A DNA stretch of 64,000 nucleotides from the NCBI GenBank assembly GCA_040285855.1, contig JAUFOQ010000005.1:2046001-2110000 (forward strand), in the 5' to 3' direction. The notes beneath the pieces are model-generated. The model was given only the letters and a program-made list of their open reading frames with translations, was not told the origin of the DNA and ran no database searches. Position numbers and translations under genes: made by a program. The stretch is from Eukaryota sp. GEM-RC1. Its lineage: Eukaryota. The stretch's first letter is position 1, and every line of letters starts with the position of its first letter. Shown piece by piece: positions 13,261 through 24,611 of this stretch.

Positions 13261-13344
13261 AACTATTCTTAAGCATTACAGTGATGATAATATTACAGTC
13301 AGGTTACTATAATTTCAACCCTATCTTTTTTTAAAATGTTTATT

Positions 13345-13520
13345 TTTATTGACAGCAACACTACATTGTACATACATCTATTATCAATATCCTCAAAGTC
13401 CAAATTGTCCATCTGGAAATTCTCACCTACCTTATTTTTCATAGTGTCTGCCAAGAGATAATAAAGCGCTAGATACAGAAGTCACCATACCATTAAAGAT
13501 AGCAAACACAATTCGACTTT
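13345..13520 (-). mobile_element. 3' end copy of the same non-LTR element
   Basis: Near-identical to 1733-1915 (tgtctgccaagagataataaagcgct..atacagaagtcaccatacc). Confidence 0.7.
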
Positions 13521-14658
13521 TCCAACCCTATACGGACCTTGGAAATAATAGGAACCATGAAATTATAGGATCTATCTATCTTCTCACCTAATGGGACTCT
13601 TAATCTTAGCCAAGCTACTACGGTTAATAAAGTCCAAACTATCTTGAAACACCTCATAGCGAACACACAGAGCCAAACAAAAAACGCTTCTTTGCTAAGA
13701 CTCTGGTACACCAACTGGAAACAAATCTGACCAGAGATTTCAGTCAACCCTTTTGAACATAACAGCTTATGTCATCGCTTAACGAAATTAATTGCTGTCA
13801 AGATTCTCAATTAAATTTTGAATACTAATTAACCATACATAAGTTGAATAAAGTAAAAATCTGTTATTTTCGAGAACGATTCTGAATTGCAACAAATACG
13901 TTCCCTTGACTGCTCTCACACATACTAGACATGTCGAAAACAAATTATGTCCTTTTGCAATTTCAATTTATGGTCGACTTGGTGAAGATGCTCTTTGTTT
14001 TCTCTCTGATTTTGAGAAACTTGTCCAAAAAAAAACGAACAAGTTGATTTTCAGTTTTGGTTGAATCGTTTTGTCTTTACAATATTTAAAACTATTCCGA
14101 TTATGATTTCAAATGCTCTATTAGCTCTCAGTATTTTTTATGAAGAAATTAGCTGATGTGAGTTTTAATGGCAATGAATGTTGCTTTAATGATATTGAGT
14201 TCTTGTTCTTGTATTTATCTTACTGTTTTTGTTCCATAAACATATATTTATACATACAAAATTGAAACAAACAAATCTTGATTTAATGACCCCAAAAAGG
14301 CACCTTCATGAATGTATATATTATTTAAGTGAACCGAATACCTCAAAAAGAAGTCGAAGCAGAACAATGAGAAGGAAGTGAAGAGAATTAAAATTACGAG
14401 ATAATTCGAGAGTTAGTTCGGGTGGCAAACCACGTAAAAGGTGATTAATTTTACCACCAAAACAAACTTGCAGTGTAGCAAAAGACACTTGATACCAACA
14501 TCCAGATCAACAAATTGGTTAAGCTTCTGAAAGTTGTTTCTGGTAGTTCGTTCGATTGTTTGTATTAATAGTCTTTATTCATATTTAATTTCTTTTCGTG
14601 TGTTTTTCTCAGAACATAAATCCGAGTTCATCAAGTTTAACGAATCAATAGAGTTACC

Positions 14659-15816
14659 CTACAGCTTAATACTTGTAATTGAAGTACTGACTTTCAACGC
14701 CTCTGCCAAAGCTCTGGCACCTTCAGCTCCAATAGAGTTTCCACTTAGATCAACACTTGTAACTGAAATATTAACTTTTAACGCCTCTGCCAAAGCTCTG
14801 GCACCTTCAGCTCTAAGAGAGTTTGAACGCAAACAAACACTTGTAATAGTAGTATTGCTTTTCAACGCCTCTGCCAAAGTGCTGACACCTTCAGCTCCAA
14901 TAGAGTTTTCACGCAGATAAATTCGTGTAACAGAAGTACTGACTTTCAACACCTCTGCCAGAGCTCTGGTACCATCAAATCCAATACAGTTTTCACGCAG
15001 ATAAAGACTTGTAATTGTAGTATTAACTTTCAACGCCTCTGCCAAAGTGCTGACACCTTCAACTCCAATAGGGTTTCCATGAAGATATACACTTGTAACT
15101 GAAGTATTAACTTTTAAAACATCTGCCAAAGCTCTGACACCTTCAACTCCAATAGAGTTAAACCTCAGAACAATACCTGTAACTGTAGTATTGGTTTTCA
15201 ATGCTTCAATCAATAACCTAGCATTAGAGCGACAACGGTCCACTTCTATTTCCAGCTGCTTAAGACGAGGAAATAAAGAAGAAGAGTTGTTTAGAAACTC
15301 TAAATCAGAGGATTCCCTTAGTTTGATGCTCAATCCTGTAATTATACCAGAATAATTAAGACACTTCTCAATTTCTAAGGTTCCATAAACGTCCAAGAAA
15401 ACAGATTGTAGATCTGCTTCAAAGAAAGAAGCAAGTGAAATTAGTTTGGGAATGTCATGAAGATCAGCATGGAAGGTGTGTAATTGAAAATACACATTAA
15501 CTGCTTGGAATGAAGAATCAAGGAAGTAATTACTTACATAGCCAGCTTGTCCAAAGAATGCAGGTAAAACTCTTTTCAAACCATCGAGTTGAGGATTAAA
15601 TCGCAAAGGAATCTTTTCGTGTTCGAGAGCGCGCTTGAAAAGAAATCTTAGCAAGTGAAGATGGATAAGAATCAACACAGTCTGCTGAACATGGACACGT
15701 TTACAGGGAGGATGTGTGGATGAAGACAATACAGACAGTTCGTCACAGTTAGACATCACAGTGGAGATACTGGAAGGGGATGAAGGACTCCTTTTCAACA
15801 AAGGTTCAGTGGCCAT
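14659..15816 (-). CDS. LRR (RI-like/NLRC3-like) paralogue, possibly truncated by an in-frame TAG
   Basis: 385 aa with the same N-terminal domain and 28-aa LRRs; the LRR motif continues past the stop (IKL*GNSID). Confidence 0.8.
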   Translation of the reverse strand: MATEPLLKRSPSSPSSISTVMSNCDELSVLSSSTHPPCKRVHVQQTVLILIHLHLLRFLFKRALEHEKIPLRFNPQLDGLKRVLPAFFGQAGYVSNYFLDSSFQAVNVYFQLHTFHADLHDIPKLISLASFFEADLQSVFLDVYGTLEIEKCLNYSGIITGLSIKLRESSDLEFLNNSSSLFPRLKQLEIEVDRCRSNARLLIEALKTNTTVTGIVLRFNSIGVEGVRALADVLKVNTSVTSVYLHGNPIGVEGVSTLAEALKVNTTITSLYLRENCIGFDGTRALAEVLKVSTSVTRIYLRENSIGAEGVSTLAEALKSNTTITSVCLRSNSLRAEGARALAEALKVNISVTSVDLSGNSIGAEGARALAEALKVSTSITSIKL

Positions 15817-15857
15817 TGACGATGAAGAAATGATGATTTTCTACATTCTGTTCATTC

Positions 15858-16732
15858 TAGTGTTACGAGAAACGTTTCTACGTTTCAGCGTTTCCACGTT
15901 TCCGAAACGTTTCCAATAAACATATCAGTATGGAAACGGCATGGAAACGTAAAATGCGTTTCGGAAACGTTAATTTCGGGTCTGGTTTTAACTTGTTTTG
16001 GTACCAAAGAAACTCATCAACTACTACAGATTATGATACATTGTGAGTGAGAACTGAAGATAATACCCTAAAACTCAATTTCAAGCTACCAAGAAGGAAT
16101 CCTACTTGATAGTCCATTATCCTACTGTAGGATAATGCCAATTTCTTCCTGTAGGTGAACTAAATCATCCGAAACTTCTTCAACTTCTATGACTAATGAT
16201 AAATCCGAAACTTCTCTTCGTTCGTTTACCGACTTTGACCATCTTTTTTAACTTGATGTACGCTGGATTGAGTTATTCAATAACATTATTAACTTCTATA
16301 AAAATAACATGACCATATTGTATCTTTAAAATTTGCAAAAGTTATAATGTAACCGTATAACCTTGCACCATCAGGTGTAACAATGTTCAAGGTCATATGT
16401 GGATCATTACATCCATCTAATACAAGGAAACATCTAGTTTGAAGAGGCCGTCTCACAAGGTAATCAGTAGAGTCTTTTGTTCGGCCACTGGGAGAGAAAA
16501 GTGACGAAGAGTCGTCGCTGTCTGCAATCTGAACGAATTCACCTTCATCATTGTCGTTGAGACATACTACAAAACAGTGAGAGTGTTGATATTTTAGGAA
16601 TTTTGGAAGAGAGAAATTGGATTAGGAAGTAATGAGAATTGAACACATAAAAATGCGTTTCGGAAACATGGAAACGCGGAAACGTTTCCGAAACGTTTCC
16701 AGACAGATTTTGTTACGTTTCTCGTAACACTA
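15858..16732. mobile_element. Non-autonomous hAT-type DNA transposon (MITE), family A
   Basis: TIR TAGTGTTACGAGAAACGT; 8-bp TSD GTTCATTC at 15850-15857 and 16733-16740; subterminal GGAAACG/CGTTTCC arrays. Confidence 0.9.
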
Positions 16733-17339
16733 GTTCATTCTGTCAAATTCTACAGGATTAATTTTGAAGTTGAATGAGCTGGTGAATCAAACGTCTTGTC
16801 CTTGCACTTAGTTTCAAGTTCGTTGTAGAAGATCTTCGGACTTTTCAATTGAAGGTCCAGTAATAATCTAAATCACGAATTATAACAAACACCTTCATTT
16901 TGTTTACTTTGCAAATAGGGTTGTTTGTTTTCGAAATAACAAGAAGTTTGGCAGAGAGTTCTGTGGATGTTCTTTAACATAGATACAGTATGTTCTTCCA
17001 TGGAGCATATGATAGATTGGCGAAAGTTGTACCAATATAAGCATTTATATCTTTCAAGCTTAATACAGTTCTTTCTTTACAGTTATTGATCCTATGCCTC
17101 GTACTTGATAGTATTGAACCGACAGTATAATCATTGAAATTGAATATCACAACAATCACATCACGGAACTTCCGTACTATGAAATTTACATAGTCTATTC
17201 TGACCATACGTTTAGTGAAAATATTTAAACATTGATATTTTTAACTTAATCTAAGAAGAAGTGATTACACGAGTATCACACCACTTCATGAACTTCCACT
17301 TCTTCGATAGATTGGACAAGGAACAGAATCAAAACTGTG

Positions 17340-17545
17340 TGAAGGCTTTTATCAGTAGATTACTTTCAGCTTCTTTGTTGATTGTTTAAATGAAAATCAC
17401 CACTAAAACATCGAGTGAGAACATAAACTAGAACACCAGAAAGATGAAAACCAAACCTGAATTATTTCACAAACTCTCTTCCGTTGTAAGGGTTGTTTTA
17501 TACATACATGGTCACTTAACTGGGGTTAGCTATTAAATTGTGAAA
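17340..17545 (+). repeat. Duplicated non-coding block, similar to about 10200-10400 upstream of the LRR gene
   Basis: Shared actttcagcttctttgttga, ctagaaca.cagaaagatgaaa.ccaaacc, atacatggtcactta, gttagctattaaattgtg. Confidence 0.7.
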
Positions 17546-18010
17546 GAGACTACAGAAAAGATTGTCCTCTCAAAAAATAATTAAAGACTTAACTACAGTT
17601 GATCCTATTAACTCAACTTCTGCTATCAGTATTTTAGACGAAAACTGTTCAACTCTTGGAACCACTGAGATATATATTAGATCTACATAGTAAATCAATT
17701 ACCAAGACGAATTCTCGTCGACACAATCACTGTGTCTTTCAAGGTATTTTGTCGAAGAATGTCATAAAGGTCACAGAAAGTGCAACCCGTAGAACCAATT
17801 ATTTAAATAATACTAAATTTTCAGTGCTGCTCAGCACTCATTCAGTTCATTCGACTGTGCAGAATGTACTCGAACAAAATGCTTCTTAATTGTCAGCTAC
17901 CTACACACACTCTTTAAAAAACTTAATCAAATAGTCATTAACTTGATTTATTGCACTCAAAACATTCTCGTACATGGATTCGGTAAATTACTGTAGTCAA
18001 ATGGTGAAAC

Positions 18011-18634
18011 CATGGAACACAAATGTTCCGTACCGCGGCGATTTTAGGCGTACCGTACCGTATCGTACGTACGTACGTACGTACGGTACAAGTATCGGTA
18101 CTGTAGTTTTGACCCACTAAAATATACTACTAATATTTGAACACGATAATCCAATGTGAGAATTTAACTGTTATCATCGTCATATATTCTACCGTTAAAC
18201 ATTCCTCAGGATATCAATATCGTATTGTCACACATTGTCACATTTGGGTTACGTCATTTGCTGACCACAACTTTCCCAAAATGACATTTCTTCGTACGAA
18301 GCTCAGCAATCGCTCGAAATCAACAATAGTAGTTACGTCTTCGAATCACAATGCGTTTAACAGTGACTACGACGTAATATAACAATGATAAAGGGGCCCA
18401 AAAACCAACAGATTGGATTTCTAAACGATCAGAAGATGCAGTAGCAATTTGCACTAACACTGTGTTTAACTAGTGAATGATCCTCCACTCAAAAAATAAT
18501 AATTGTAGGTCCATTTAGGTCATCCATAAATAGACTTTATATTAAAATCAAATGACATCGGTACAGATAAAAGAAATCGGTACGTACCGATCCGTACCGT
18601 ACGTACGGTACCTACCACAGATTTGCGCACATTG
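18011..18634. mobile_element. Non-autonomous hAT-type DNA transposon (MITE), family B
   Basis: 8-bp TSD GGTGAAAC at 18003-18010 and 18635-18642; imperfect TIRs CATGGAACACAAAT and CAATGTGCGCAAAT; CGTAC arrays at both ends. Confidence 0.75.
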
Positions 18635-18699
18635 GGTGAAACACACATGATAAAGAAATTATTATATACAAATACAATAAACCATTCTAACAGAAACCA

Positions 18700-19621
18700 T
18701 TAGAAGTGCTCTCTATGATCACAATCACCAAGTTCTACTTCTCCCATAACAAAATATCCTAGATCAATAACAAAATGAACCTCAACAGAAACTTCTTCAA
18801 TAGTAACACACTTTTCACCTACAAAACCACCAACAAAATCAATGCTGAAGTAAGAATAGAGATGGATTAGCATACCAGTAAGAAGCTCCCAAGTAAAAGA
18901 AGCAGAAATGGCGTTCCTCTACGATCTCAATGTCATGAGTTCTTTGCTTCTTGTCATTTACAAAAGCAATAACAGTTCCTTCGGAAGATTCAGCATCGTA
19001 CTGGAAGATAACATCAACTTTGCTTTTGATTCTGTAGATATCATGAACAGCAGCTTCTATATGAGCAGTACAAACAGTCTTACCATCAGATTCTTGAACA
19101 CATTTGTTCTCATCGGATTTAGGACAACAGTGTTTCGAGTTGACGACCATTTTCATTGTACATGGTGGATATTCAGACACGTCTCGGATTTGTCCCTCCT
19201 CAGATTCATCACAGAAACACTGAACAGTAGTTGAACGAGTAACATCACCACATCCAACATCTCCGTCTGTGTAGATGATTGATAGTCCATCTTGTTCCTT
19301 TTCATCAAGTGGTTTGGCTGTAGCCTTATCAAAACGTCCACCGCTATGATGATTACGGTTATCGTCCTCTTCACAGATGGCAGCGTTTTTAGATGACCCA
19401 CAATTAGAAACTGGAGAGCAAACACGAAGAAACCATTGAGTTTGACTGTATGGCTGCTTCCAAACAAGATCTCTCCTGAGATAAGAGTTTCAAAAGAAGT
19501 GCAAATCAAACTTGTTCAATGGTGAAAGATCATAGCTGTTACCATCAACTACAAAGCTACAAGGAGTATTACATGAAGCAACAACGGCAAGGACTGCTAG
19601 CAGAAAGACGAAGTTCAACAT
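18700..19621 (-). CDS. Secreted mannose-6-phosphate-receptor-homology (MRH/ATG27-like) domain protein, 2 introns, 284 aa
   Basis: Signal peptide MLNFVFLLAVLAVVAS. Motifs YDLSPL, WFLRVC, LSIIYTDGDVGC, RSTTVQCFCD, EYPPCT, SKHCCP. Removing introns 19476-19511 and 18845-18875 gives one 855-nt ORF. Confidence 0.8.
18845..18875 (-). other. 31-nt spliceosomal intron
   Basis: GTATGCTAAT...ATTCTTACTTCAG; restores the frame to YCIDFVGG. Confidence 0.8.
19476..19511 (-). other. 36-nt spliceosomal intron
   Basis: GTTTGATTTG...ACTCTTATCTCAG; removes an in-frame TGA and restores NKRDLVW. Confidence 0.85.
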
Positions 19622-20373
19622 TAGGCTTACAAGGTCGAAAGAAATGATTGTCGGACAATAATTTACGAGTTTTGCTCCAATGACAGTTTTTACATCACTA
19701 GTGCAATCAGTTCAGTCGCCTTGCATTTGCTGTTGTGGAGTCTAGCCTATTTGTTGTATTTACAAGAAGTGTTTCAAACACATGTATGTAAGTACAGTTA
19801 CATTTACACGAAGACATGTACATGACAAGTCTAATCTGTTGAGGTCATTCATTCTTATCCAAACTTCCTTCATACACTGACCAATTAATTAAAAACTGAT
19901 GAAAATATCCTTATCTTTTACCATGTTCGAGATTGTCAAACTCAATTAAGGTATAATTCAGACTCTACTGATGACCTCGCTTAATCAAATATACTGTCAC
20001 TTGCTGATCCTTATGGATACAGAAAATTCTTGGTCAAAAGTAACCATCGATCTGGTTACAAAGTCTGAATTTCATTCCAAATGGAGACCACTTTGGTCAT
20101 ATCCACTCAGGTATCACAGACACGCTATGCTATGAGATGATACGATGGATAGCGCTGCCCGACCGTCTTTGGTGGACTGATTTCTTCAAGGGAGATCTTC
20201 TTCTTCTTGACTGCCTTCGTTGGGGTTGCTCCTTTTCTTTTCTCGATCCAGTTTTAGGTGAACCATGGTTTGACTCATCTAGCTACGGTTAGGTTCGTAT
20301 GTCGTGATCTATTTGTTAATGTTAAGTTCTCATGGCCTTTCAGTTCAGATGATGCTATTGCTTATGATTATAG

Positions 20374-21302
20374 CATAGTTGTACTTCACCACAATATTGC
20401 TTTGTTATGTGATCTGTGATCACAAATCACAATCACAAAGTGTGATAACAATGATCACAATAATCACACATGATATCAAAAATGTACTCTTCATCTTCAT
20501 AACTTATATAAAAAATTATCCCATTGTGACTTATCTCCGACAATTTGATCTCAACCAACAGTAAAACAATTGCAATACTATCGCGAACTTTATTTCAGTG
20601 TTACTTTACCTGGTATTGTAATACTTTACTTCATCAATTATCTACTAATTATTTCTACTGTTTTTCTTGGTGGACAATTCAGTAGTTCCGACACCTTGTC
20701 ATCTTCTTCGTCTGATTCAATCTTGAAATCCACAGGGTTTTCAATCGTAATGTCAATTAATACGCTTTGAAAACGCACTTCTTCTATTCCCTCACTAAGA
20801 TCAACATATATCATCACCTTTCTCCACTAATTCAACTTCAGCACTCAGAGTTCCTTCAGTGCTGGCACGCACTACACTCCAAATATCTGCTTCAATGTAA
20901 CATTGCTTGATAACTTCTTCCATAAATTTAAATTGAGCGAAACTGAGATTTTCTTCTTCTTGTTGTTTCCAATAGAGGTAGGTTAAAATAAACCCCAATG
21001 ACATCTATATGAGTAAGTATCAGACATATTTAATCGTCAAAAAAAAGAATAATCTAATTCGTGGAGTTCAGTCTGCCACTCAGACATGACAAATAGTTGA
21101 CTTGTCTTGTTTATTTTGCATTTATTTGACTAAAATCTGACAAATAAACAAAATACCAACCAAGTTTAGGGTCAACAATCGTGATCACAAATCACAGTTG
21201 TGATCATAAGAATCCGACCATTTTTACACTTTTGTGATCACTGTGATCCCATCTGTGATCACAAATCACAGATCACAGTGTGATTTGTGAAGTACAACAA
21301 TG
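20374..21302. mobile_element. Non-autonomous hAT-type DNA transposon (MITE), family C
   Basis: TIR CATWGTTGTACTTCAC; 8-bp TSD GATTATAG at 20366-20373 and 21303-21310; subterminal TGTGAT/ATCACA arrays. Confidence 0.9.
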
Positions 21303-21334
21303 GATTATAGTGTTGCAACTGGTTCTGATTCAGA

Positions 21335-21490
21335 TGATGATTAAAGACATAGTTTTCTAGTTCTGGACGATGGTAGACTTTAGAATGAAACTTATAAGAA
21401 CAAGAAACCCGTACTACATCATGAATATATAAAGAAAATAAATATATTAACGCAAATTAACTAAATGATAGAAAACACGTTTAATACCAC
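21335..21490 (+). repeat. Duplicated block, similar to the LRR gene 3' end and 3' flank (about 11435-11595)
   Basis: Shared gatgatgat..tagttttc.agttctg, gactttag, agaacaagaaaccc, aaatgatagaaaacacgttt. Confidence 0.7.
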
Positions 21491-21499
21491 AGTTCTTAA

Positions 21500-24045
21500 T
21501 GTTTTTTACAGAAGTTGTATAAGAACTTTGGTTCTGTTGAACAGGAGTTTTCTGTGTCTTGTGTTTCATAGCTTTTATTTAGATACTTTTAGACAAATTT
21601 TCTTCAATGCTGATGTTAACTTGAATTGTACTGTTCAACATTCATCTGTTTCAGATTTTACTATTTCAAGGAATCTCAATATGATGGTGTCTGGAGCGAT
21701 TATTAATCCAAATTCTCGAGTTATTTGTACTGACTGTGTCATTGATATCGCATCACTTGAACCTGTTGTTTTCACTAACGTTGAAATTTCTCCTGGAAAA
21801 TTGACATCTTCAAATGACTTTACTGTCGATTATTTGTTCCTCACTGGTGGTGATGTTGCTGACAACTCTCTTATAACTGTTAATATCATGTTTGATTTCT
21901 CATCTGGTTTTATGGATAATTCTGTAATTTCCACTCATGATTTCTTAATCAACACTGAATTGGAAAATAAAGTTATCATCATCCCAATTGTTGCTTTCTA
22001 ATACTGGTCAGTGGGTTGAAGGAAATCTCTCACTCGAAGATTGTTCCAAGTTTGTTATCCTTGAAAATGCTATATTATCCTCTTCTAGCAGTGGTGAAAT
22101 ACTTACTGCTACACTATGTGACATTATGGAAATCTATGGTAAATTTGATTGTATCAGTGGATGTTCTTCTACTTTGAATCATCTTGTTGTATTACCTTCT
22201 GGTGATTTGACTGTGACTGAAGGAACTGTTGACTTGTCAGGACCTACCTTAATTGAAGGTGTTATCAATATCGTTAATAATGGAAAATTGACATCTTCAA
22301 ATGACTTGTTCCTCACTGCCGGTTCTCGAACCAAGATCTTTTTACCACCAATTCTTTATGTTATTATACCATATCCGCTCATTGTTGGTTCCTCTGTTTA
22401 TTTAGATGGAATACTGGAAATAGAGTTTGATCCTTTCAGTTATTGGAGTGAACATGAGTTTTTACTTATTGATTCTGCCAATCTTGTTGGTAAATTTACT
22501 TCAGTATAGTCCACATGTTCGTCTATTTTTAGAGTCAATTACACTTCAACTTCAGTATATGGATCATTTGATCGCTACATTGAGCTCTTAAATGAAATAT
22601 GTTGCATTTCCCCACTGGCGTTGACGATCCTTGTTGTGGTACTTTCGACAGTCCCTGTGCTTCTTTTAAAGGAGTTTTAGAAATAATGGGAAGAAAAGGG
22701 AAAGTTTATTTCCATGAAGGAAGTTACTCTTTTGAGCAAGGATTTGGGAATGTGAGTGATGTTGATTGGGAAATAATTGGTCTTGGTGACGTCATGATTG
22801 AAGGAACGGGGGCTACTCTACTTGAAATTCAGTTTTCAAACTTTTCACTATCAAACGTCGATCTCCGTTGTTCATCTTTAATTTGTTTTTCTCTTTCTCA
22901 CTCTACTGTATTTCTCAGTAATTCTACGATCTTTCATCACTCTGGTGTTTCAGCCATCAGTAGTGATCATTCTGCAGCATTTCGGCTCACATCTAGCACA
23001 TACTGTCACTGTGTCATCAATGTTTATGGCAGACGAATTTATATTATCGGAAAATTCTGTAATTATTTTGAGCACTTTCTTTCTGTTCGACTTTCATACC
23101 GTTAATGCTGTCGTATATGCCTTCAATTCAAATATTCTCCTCCACAACAATTCATATAAAAATACTAGTTGCAAATCCCTAATTGAGTCATTTGCTAGTA
23201 ATTTAAAAGTGAAAGCAGTTGTCATTTTTAATGTGTCTTGTGACATTTGTTTCAATATTACTGGCGGTAACGTCGTTGTAGAGTTTATGGATGTCTCTGA
23301 CACATCTGGATCACTCTTCTTTATATTTAAGGTGGACTTCATGGTTGTTCATAATTTTGGTATTTATGATAGTTATATGATTACAGTGATTGCAGCTCAA
23401 AACACAACACTCAATCTAACTGATGTCTCAGTCTTTAGCTCTGAATTAAATACTGTTTTAGAATTAAAAAATTCATCTGGATCATGTTATAATCTCGCAT
23501 TCAGCACTTCAATTGCGAGTGATTTATTTGATTTAATTGATACTCATTTTACATTTTCGAACACGTTGTTGACTAATACGTCTTTTGCTTTTGGCTATAA
23601 CATACAAAGTTCCAAAATTGCGATTAGCGTATTTACTTTGGAAAACATACAAGTTTCTGGAGCTTTCCTTTTCTCTATTGATTCCAGTATCTCCATCAAG
23701 TCTTTTCGATGTGAGTCCACTCATCTTGATGATTCTTTAGGACTTTTTACTCTATCTTATGGTTCTTTAATTGTAAGTACTTTTGATGTTTATCATTTAA
23801 ATGGTACACTGTTTGATTTAAACAATATGAATTCTTCGATTGACCAAGTCCATTTGTCTCATCTCCAATCGCTTGGAGGGACACTCTTTCGCTTTGTTAA
23901 ATCAAATGTTTCAGTGTCAACTATTTCAATAACGTATACAAATCTGAATGTTGTCTTTAAAGCAGAAATGTCAAACATATGTATCAGCCAATTTCAGTCA
24001 ATTTCTTCGAGAAGTTTATCAGTTTTTGATGGTTCTTCTTCTGTA
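21500..24045 (+). pseudogene. Inverted partial, mosaic paralogue of the giant surface-protein family
   Basis: ORFs 21465, 21988, 22599 and 22945 contain IVGSSVYLDGILEIEF and DDPCCGT.xSPCASFKGV.xMGRKGK, as at 37560-37910 and 39840-40200. No signal peptide; nonsense TAG at 22507; frameshifts. Confidence 0.8.
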
Positions 24046-24416
24046 TATCATGAGCAAGTCGCGCCTCCAGTAGAAAATCGAGGAAGAGGTAGGCCACGTA
24101 CAAGAAGACTTACCAGCATTGGTAAGTGCTGCTTCAAGTTATTTTTAGACGTAAAGGTGTCTCCTACAAGTAAAGTCATTGTTTGTGAAGTATGTATATC
24201 AGAAAAGTTTTATGAGTGTTTTTGTAATAACAATTTCCATTTGAGTGGTTATGAAATATCGATTTGGGACATGAGTGTTTTTGAATTTTCCCCATTTTTT
24301 ATTGCTCAATAAATATGTTTTCAAAAAATAATCAAAAAAATAAATATTGCAATAAGTAGAAAATTGCAATAAATATTTAAATATTTTATTTAAAACAGTA
24401 TCAAACTTTTGCCCCT

Positions 24417-24611
24417 TTAGGGTCTTTTAGAAATAATTTTTCTTACATCGTCTTCGTTCCAAAGATCTCTGTTGTACAACAGATACAATTGTTGTTCTAA
24501 ACTGCTATCTGACGTAGAACATCGGTAATCTCCTAATGTATGCTTAGCCCTACTCAACAATCGTTTTAATACATTAGAAGTACCTGGAATCATAGTTGGA
24601 AAATACACCAC
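24417..24611 (-). pseudogene. hAT-like transposase C-terminal (dimerisation) fragment
   Basis: TSNVLKRLLSRAKHTLGDYRCSTSDSSLEQQLYLLYNRDLW resembles the hAT C-terminal TSxxxERxFSxAxxxxxxxRxxLxxxxxExxxxL pattern. Confidence 0.55.

Noticed and set aside
18025..18100. CGTAC and GGAAACG arrays as CRISPR-like or telomeric repeats
   Set aside because: No repeat-spacer periodicity; they are subterminal arrays inside TSD-bounded transposons
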